Source of the DNA: Escherichia coli
GTDB taxonomy: Bacteria; Pseudomonadota; Gammaproteobacteria; Enterobacterales; Enterobacteriaceae
Reading direction: 5' to 3' (one strand)
Length of the DNA stretch: 32,000 bases
Assembly (NCBI RefSeq): GCF_030169335.1
Contig: NZ_CP104613.1
This document shows positions 26,977 through 32,000 of this stretch, piece after piece. The notes beneath the pieces are model-generated. The model made no database searches and was not told the DNA's origin. It saw nothing but the letters and a program-made list of their open reading frames with translations. Position 1 is the stretch's first letter. Every line of letters starts with the position of its first letter. The translations under genes and the position numbers were made by a program.

Positions 26977-28470
26977 TCAGAACTTCTGTTTTTTCTCTTC
27001 CACCTTCACCCCTTGTGTCGGCAAGCCGGTGTCATAGTCGCGTACCACTGGCGAATAGCCATCTTGTGGGCGTGGACGAAACGCCCCCATCCAGCGCGGC
27101 CGTGCATCTTTACGCCACGGACGCAGGCTCCATTGGTAGCTGCGGAACGGATCGCGAATTTTATCCATGTAATCCAATAAGGCGTCATGCATTTTGCTGC
27201 GCACGTCGGCAAAACGGATATCATCGATCAGGTTATGCATTTCATTTGGATCATTACGGCGATCGTAAAGTTCATCACTGGTGAAGAGGTTGAGCACCAG
27301 TTTAAAGTCATCCGTCACCCAGCAACGCACCGGAATAAAACCGCCAAAGCTGTCATGCTCAATCTCGTAGCGGTTAAATTCCACCATCACGCCGCGTGGC
27401 TCTTTCACGGCAAGGATATTTTCCCCCGGCAGAATCTCTGGTTTTTCAATATCTGCCAGCGCCATCATTGTCGGCAGTAAATCGATATGACTGACTGGCG
27501 TATCGACCTGTCGCCGCTCCCCTTGCGGCGAACGGATGATCAGCGGAATGCGGGTGATGTCGTCATACATCGCCGCCCCTTTACTGATCAGCTTATGTGC
27601 GCCCATCATTTCGCCGTGATCGGAGGTATAAATAACCCACGTATTTTCACGTTGCTCTGGCGTTAAGGCATTGATGACCCGTCCGATTTGGTCATCAACA
27701 AAGTCATTACAGGCAAAATAGAGCGGATGGTGATAAAGCCCGTCATCACCGACTGGCGATGGCATCGCCTGCGCCCATAAGCGGTGATGTTCTGGTTTGT
27801 TCGCCAGGTCATCCTGTGCTTTCTCGCCCAGTTGGTAGTAAAAATCAGCGTATTTCTCTAAATACTCCACCGGACAGGTGAACGGGTGATGCGGCTCATC
27901 ATACGAAACCACCATCAGGAAGGGTTCCTCGGTGCGCGCGGGCTGTTGCAGAAAATCCACCGCCCGATTGCTGATGCGGTGCGCCCAAGTGAAGGTTTCG
28001 TCGATATGGTTCGCCTGTAAATCCTCAACGCTGTTTAGGCCATTGCGCCACAGGCTAATCTCTTTCTCCGTCAGTTCGCTAAGATAGTTCGCCCCATCGA
28101 ACCAGTAATCAGCATCCCACTCCGGCGGACACTCGCCAGTGCCGAAATAGTCATGACCGTCGAGATGCCATTTGCCGATGTAACAGGTGTGATAGCCCGC
28201 ATCCTTAAAGTAGAGCCCCATAGTGGAAATGTTTTTGCCTGGCGCGACGTTGTTGGTCCACGGGCCGGACTGGTTAGCGTAGATACCGGTAAACAGCCCG
28301 GCGCGCGCCGGTGTACAAACCGGTGAACAGGTGTAGGCGGAGTTAAAGCGAATACCTTCCGCCGCCAGACTATCAATATTTTGCGTATTCAGCGGCTTAC
28401 CGCTATAGCAACCGACCATATTGGTGGCCTGGGTATCGGTCATGATGAACAGAAAATTGGGGCGTTTCAT
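26977..28470 (-). CDS. yidJ: Putative sulfatase YidJ
   Basis: 497 aa, CSPVCTPARAG sulfatase signature (Cys-type FGly motif CTPAR). Confidence 0.95.
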   Translation of the reverse strand: MKRPNFLFIMTDTQATNMVGCYSGKPLNTQNIDSLAAEGIRFNSAYTCSPVCTPARAGLFTGIYANQSGPWTNNVAPGKNISTMGLYFKDAGYHTCYIGKWHLDGHDYFGTGECPPEWDADYWFDGANYLSELTEKEISLWRNGLNSVEDLQANHIDETFTWAHRISNRAVDFLQQPARTEEPFLMVVSYDEPHHPFTCPVEYLEKYADFYYQLGEKAQDDLANKPEHHRLWAQAMPSPVGDDGLYHHPLYFACNDFVDDQIGRVINALTPEQRENTWVIYTSDHGEMMGAHKLISKGAAMYDDITRIPLIIRSPQGERRQVDTPVSHIDLLPTMMALADIEKPEILPGENILAVKEPRGVMVEFNRYEIEHDSFGGFIPVRCWVTDDFKLVLNLFTSDELYDRRNDPNEMHNLIDDIRFADVRSKMHDALLDYMDKIRDPFRSYQWSLRPWRKDARPRWMGAFRPRPQDGYSPVVRDYDTGLPTQGVKVEEKKQKF

Positions 28471-30182
28471 AGGCTATCCTTTGCATCGGGAGTAAAGGTT
28501 ACGGCTGGGTCGTGACGATGCCGCCAGCTGTCAAAAATCAGGTAGACAATCACTACGGCGGCAATGAAATAACTGATCATCGCTAACCAGCGCGTACCGT
28601 AGCCGCCGAATTCAGCCAGCCCGGCATAGACGCCAATCATCGCGAACAGGATGCCAATTGACGCGATCTTGACGTTTTTCCACGGTTTCATGTCCACCGC
28701 AAACGCATCTTTGAAGGTGAACGGCGTGGCGCGCGGTTTGATAAAACCGATCACCAGCATCACGACCACGTTGATGCAGAACGTACAGGCCAGCACATAG
28801 AGGAAATGGAAGTCGAACTTCACCAGATAGTTGATGGTGATGTAGCTGATTATGCCAATCCCCATCGCCACTTTTGCCGCCAGCGCCGGGATGCGCGGGA
28901 AGAAAAAGCCCATAATGATGATGGTAACCAGCGGCACGTTGTAAATGCCGTTGAGCTGTTTCATCCAGCTATACAGCCCCTGCGGCGCGTTGGCGATCCA
29001 CGGAGCTACCAGCACCGAAACGATAGCGATAAAGAAACCAAATTTGCGCCCGACGGTGACCAGCTGCTGCGGCTCGGCATTCTGGTTAATGATGCGACGG
29101 TAAATACCCATACTGAATAACGTACTGGCGCTATTCAGAAAGCCGTTGAAGGTACTGATCACCGCACCAAATAACACCGCGCCGAAGAAACCCACCAGTG
29201 GCACTGGCAGAACGTTATTGACCAGTGTCGGGTAGGCCATGTCGGCTTTCGGTAGATCCTGATACAGATGAAACGCAATCAACCCTGGCAGCACCAGTAC
29301 CAGCGGGTCGAGCATTTTCAGCACCGCCGTTAACAGCGCCCCCTTTTGCCCTTCCGCCAGGCTTTTTGACGCCAGCGTGCGTTGCACGATGCCCTGATTT
29401 GTACACCAGTAAAAGGTGTTCACCAGAATTAAACCGGTAAATGCCGCGCCAATCGGCAAGGGATCGGTCGGGCCACCGACTGAGTTTAATTTCTCGGCGT
29501 GGACGGTGGTAATTTGCTCAATGCCCTGCATAAAGCTGCCCTTGCCCATCGCGATCAGGCCAAATACCGGCACCATCAACCCGCCGATAACCAGCCCAAT
29601 ACCGTTGATGGAGTCCGCCACTGCCATTGCGCGCAGTCCGCCGATCACCGCATACAAAATTCCCGCCAGACCAAGCAAAATTACCAGTAGCCAGATAGCC
29701 GCACCGTGAGAAATCTGTAGCGATTCCCCGACGTGAAACAGGCTGTTGAGCGCCAACGCGCCGGAGTAGAGAACAATCGGCAGAAAGCAGACGCCGGTGG
29801 CAATGAGGAAGCAGAAGTCGATGATAATACGCGTCGTTTTATCATAACGTTCCTCCAGAAAATCGGGGATGGTGGCAATGCCGCGCTTCAGATAGCGCGG
29901 TAAAAAGATCAGCGCGAGGAAGATCAGCGTCACCGCAGAAGTGACTTCCCAGCCCATCACCGACATGCCGCTTTTGTAGGCCTGCCCGGAAAGGCCGACC
30001 AGTTGTTCCGTGGAAAGGTTGGTTAGCATTAACGAAGCGGCAATAACCGGAGCTTTTAGTGAACGTCCGGCAAGAAAATAGCCTTGTTGCGATCCGGTAT
30101 CTGTTTTGCGAACCTTCCACCAGGTGATGATCGCCACCAGCAGCGTAAAACCGACAAAACTCAAGATTTGTAACGAATTCAT
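28467..30182 (-). CDS. yidK: Sodium:solute symporter YidK
   Basis: 571-aa SSS-family protein; overlaps the yidJ start by 4 nt. Confidence 0.94.
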   Translation of the reverse strand: MNSLQILSFVGFTLLVAIITWWKVRKTDTGSQQGYFLAGRSLKAPVIAASLMLTNLSTEQLVGLSGQAYKSGMSVMGWEVTSAVTLIFLALIFLPRYLKRGIATIPDFLEERYDKTTRIIIDFCFLIATGVCFLPIVLYSGALALNSLFHVGESLQISHGAAIWLLVILLGLAGILYAVIGGLRAMAVADSINGIGLVIGGLMVPVFGLIAMGKGSFMQGIEQITTVHAEKLNSVGGPTDPLPIGAAFTGLILVNTFYWCTNQGIVQRTLASKSLAEGQKGALLTAVLKMLDPLVLVLPGLIAFHLYQDLPKADMAYPTLVNNVLPVPLVGFFGAVLFGAVISTFNGFLNSASTLFSMGIYRRIINQNAEPQQLVTVGRKFGFFIAIVSVLVAPWIANAPQGLYSWMKQLNGIYNVPLVTIIIMGFFFPRIPALAAKVAMGIGIISYITINYLVKFDFHFLYVLACTFCINVVVMLVIGFIKPRATPFTFKDAFAVDMKPWKNVKIASIGILFAMIGVYAGLAEFGGYGTRWLAMISYFIAAVVIVYLIFDSWRHRHDPAVTFTPDAKDSL

Positions 30183-30348
30183 CTCATAGCCCTTATTTAT
30201 GTTTATGTCCCGGACGCATGAATATAGGGAGAGGTAAAATGCGTCGGGTCAGGCAGTCAGATTCTTAAAATACAAACGTCGTATCCCTGAACGGATTGTT
30301 TTCTGTTAAGTTCAGGTTGTGAGCATAATTCGCCGGAGGGATATTAAA

Positions 30349-32000
<1,652 letters not shown>

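Overview
This window is an E. coli-type chromosomal segment running from the selC junction to the glv locus. The backbone order is setC-yicL-nlpA-yicS-nepI-[TA pair]-yicN-adeQ-adeD-uhpTCBA-[accessory island]-ilvNB-ivbL-istR/tisB-emrD-yidFGHIJKL-glv. The left edge (1..~1028) is the end of a P4-like satellite: the C-terminus of the primase/alpha protein, its terminator, and two ~120-bp direct repeats resembling the P4 crr. It ends in a 21-nt copy of the 3' end of selC, the likely att site, and is followed by a decayed RhuM-like gene fragment. Two accessory insertions interrupt the backbone. The first is a compact toxin/HTH-antitoxin pair (6667..7333) preceded by an inverted-repeat operator candidate. 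The second is an AT-rich island between uhpA and ilvN (~16440..20834). It carries two strongly diverged, co-oriented paralogues of unknown function (482 aa and 431 aa). An intact 1057-bp IS903-type element with 18-bp terminal repeats and a 9-bp target duplication lies between them. A perfect 18-bp motif (CTATCAAAAATCGCTCAT) lies ~190-215 bp upstream of both paralogues in the same orientation, and a 17/18 copy lies near the selC junction. The paralogue pair and its shared upstream element are the best candidate here for an undescribed system. The function is unknown, and a secreted or effector role is only a hypothesis.
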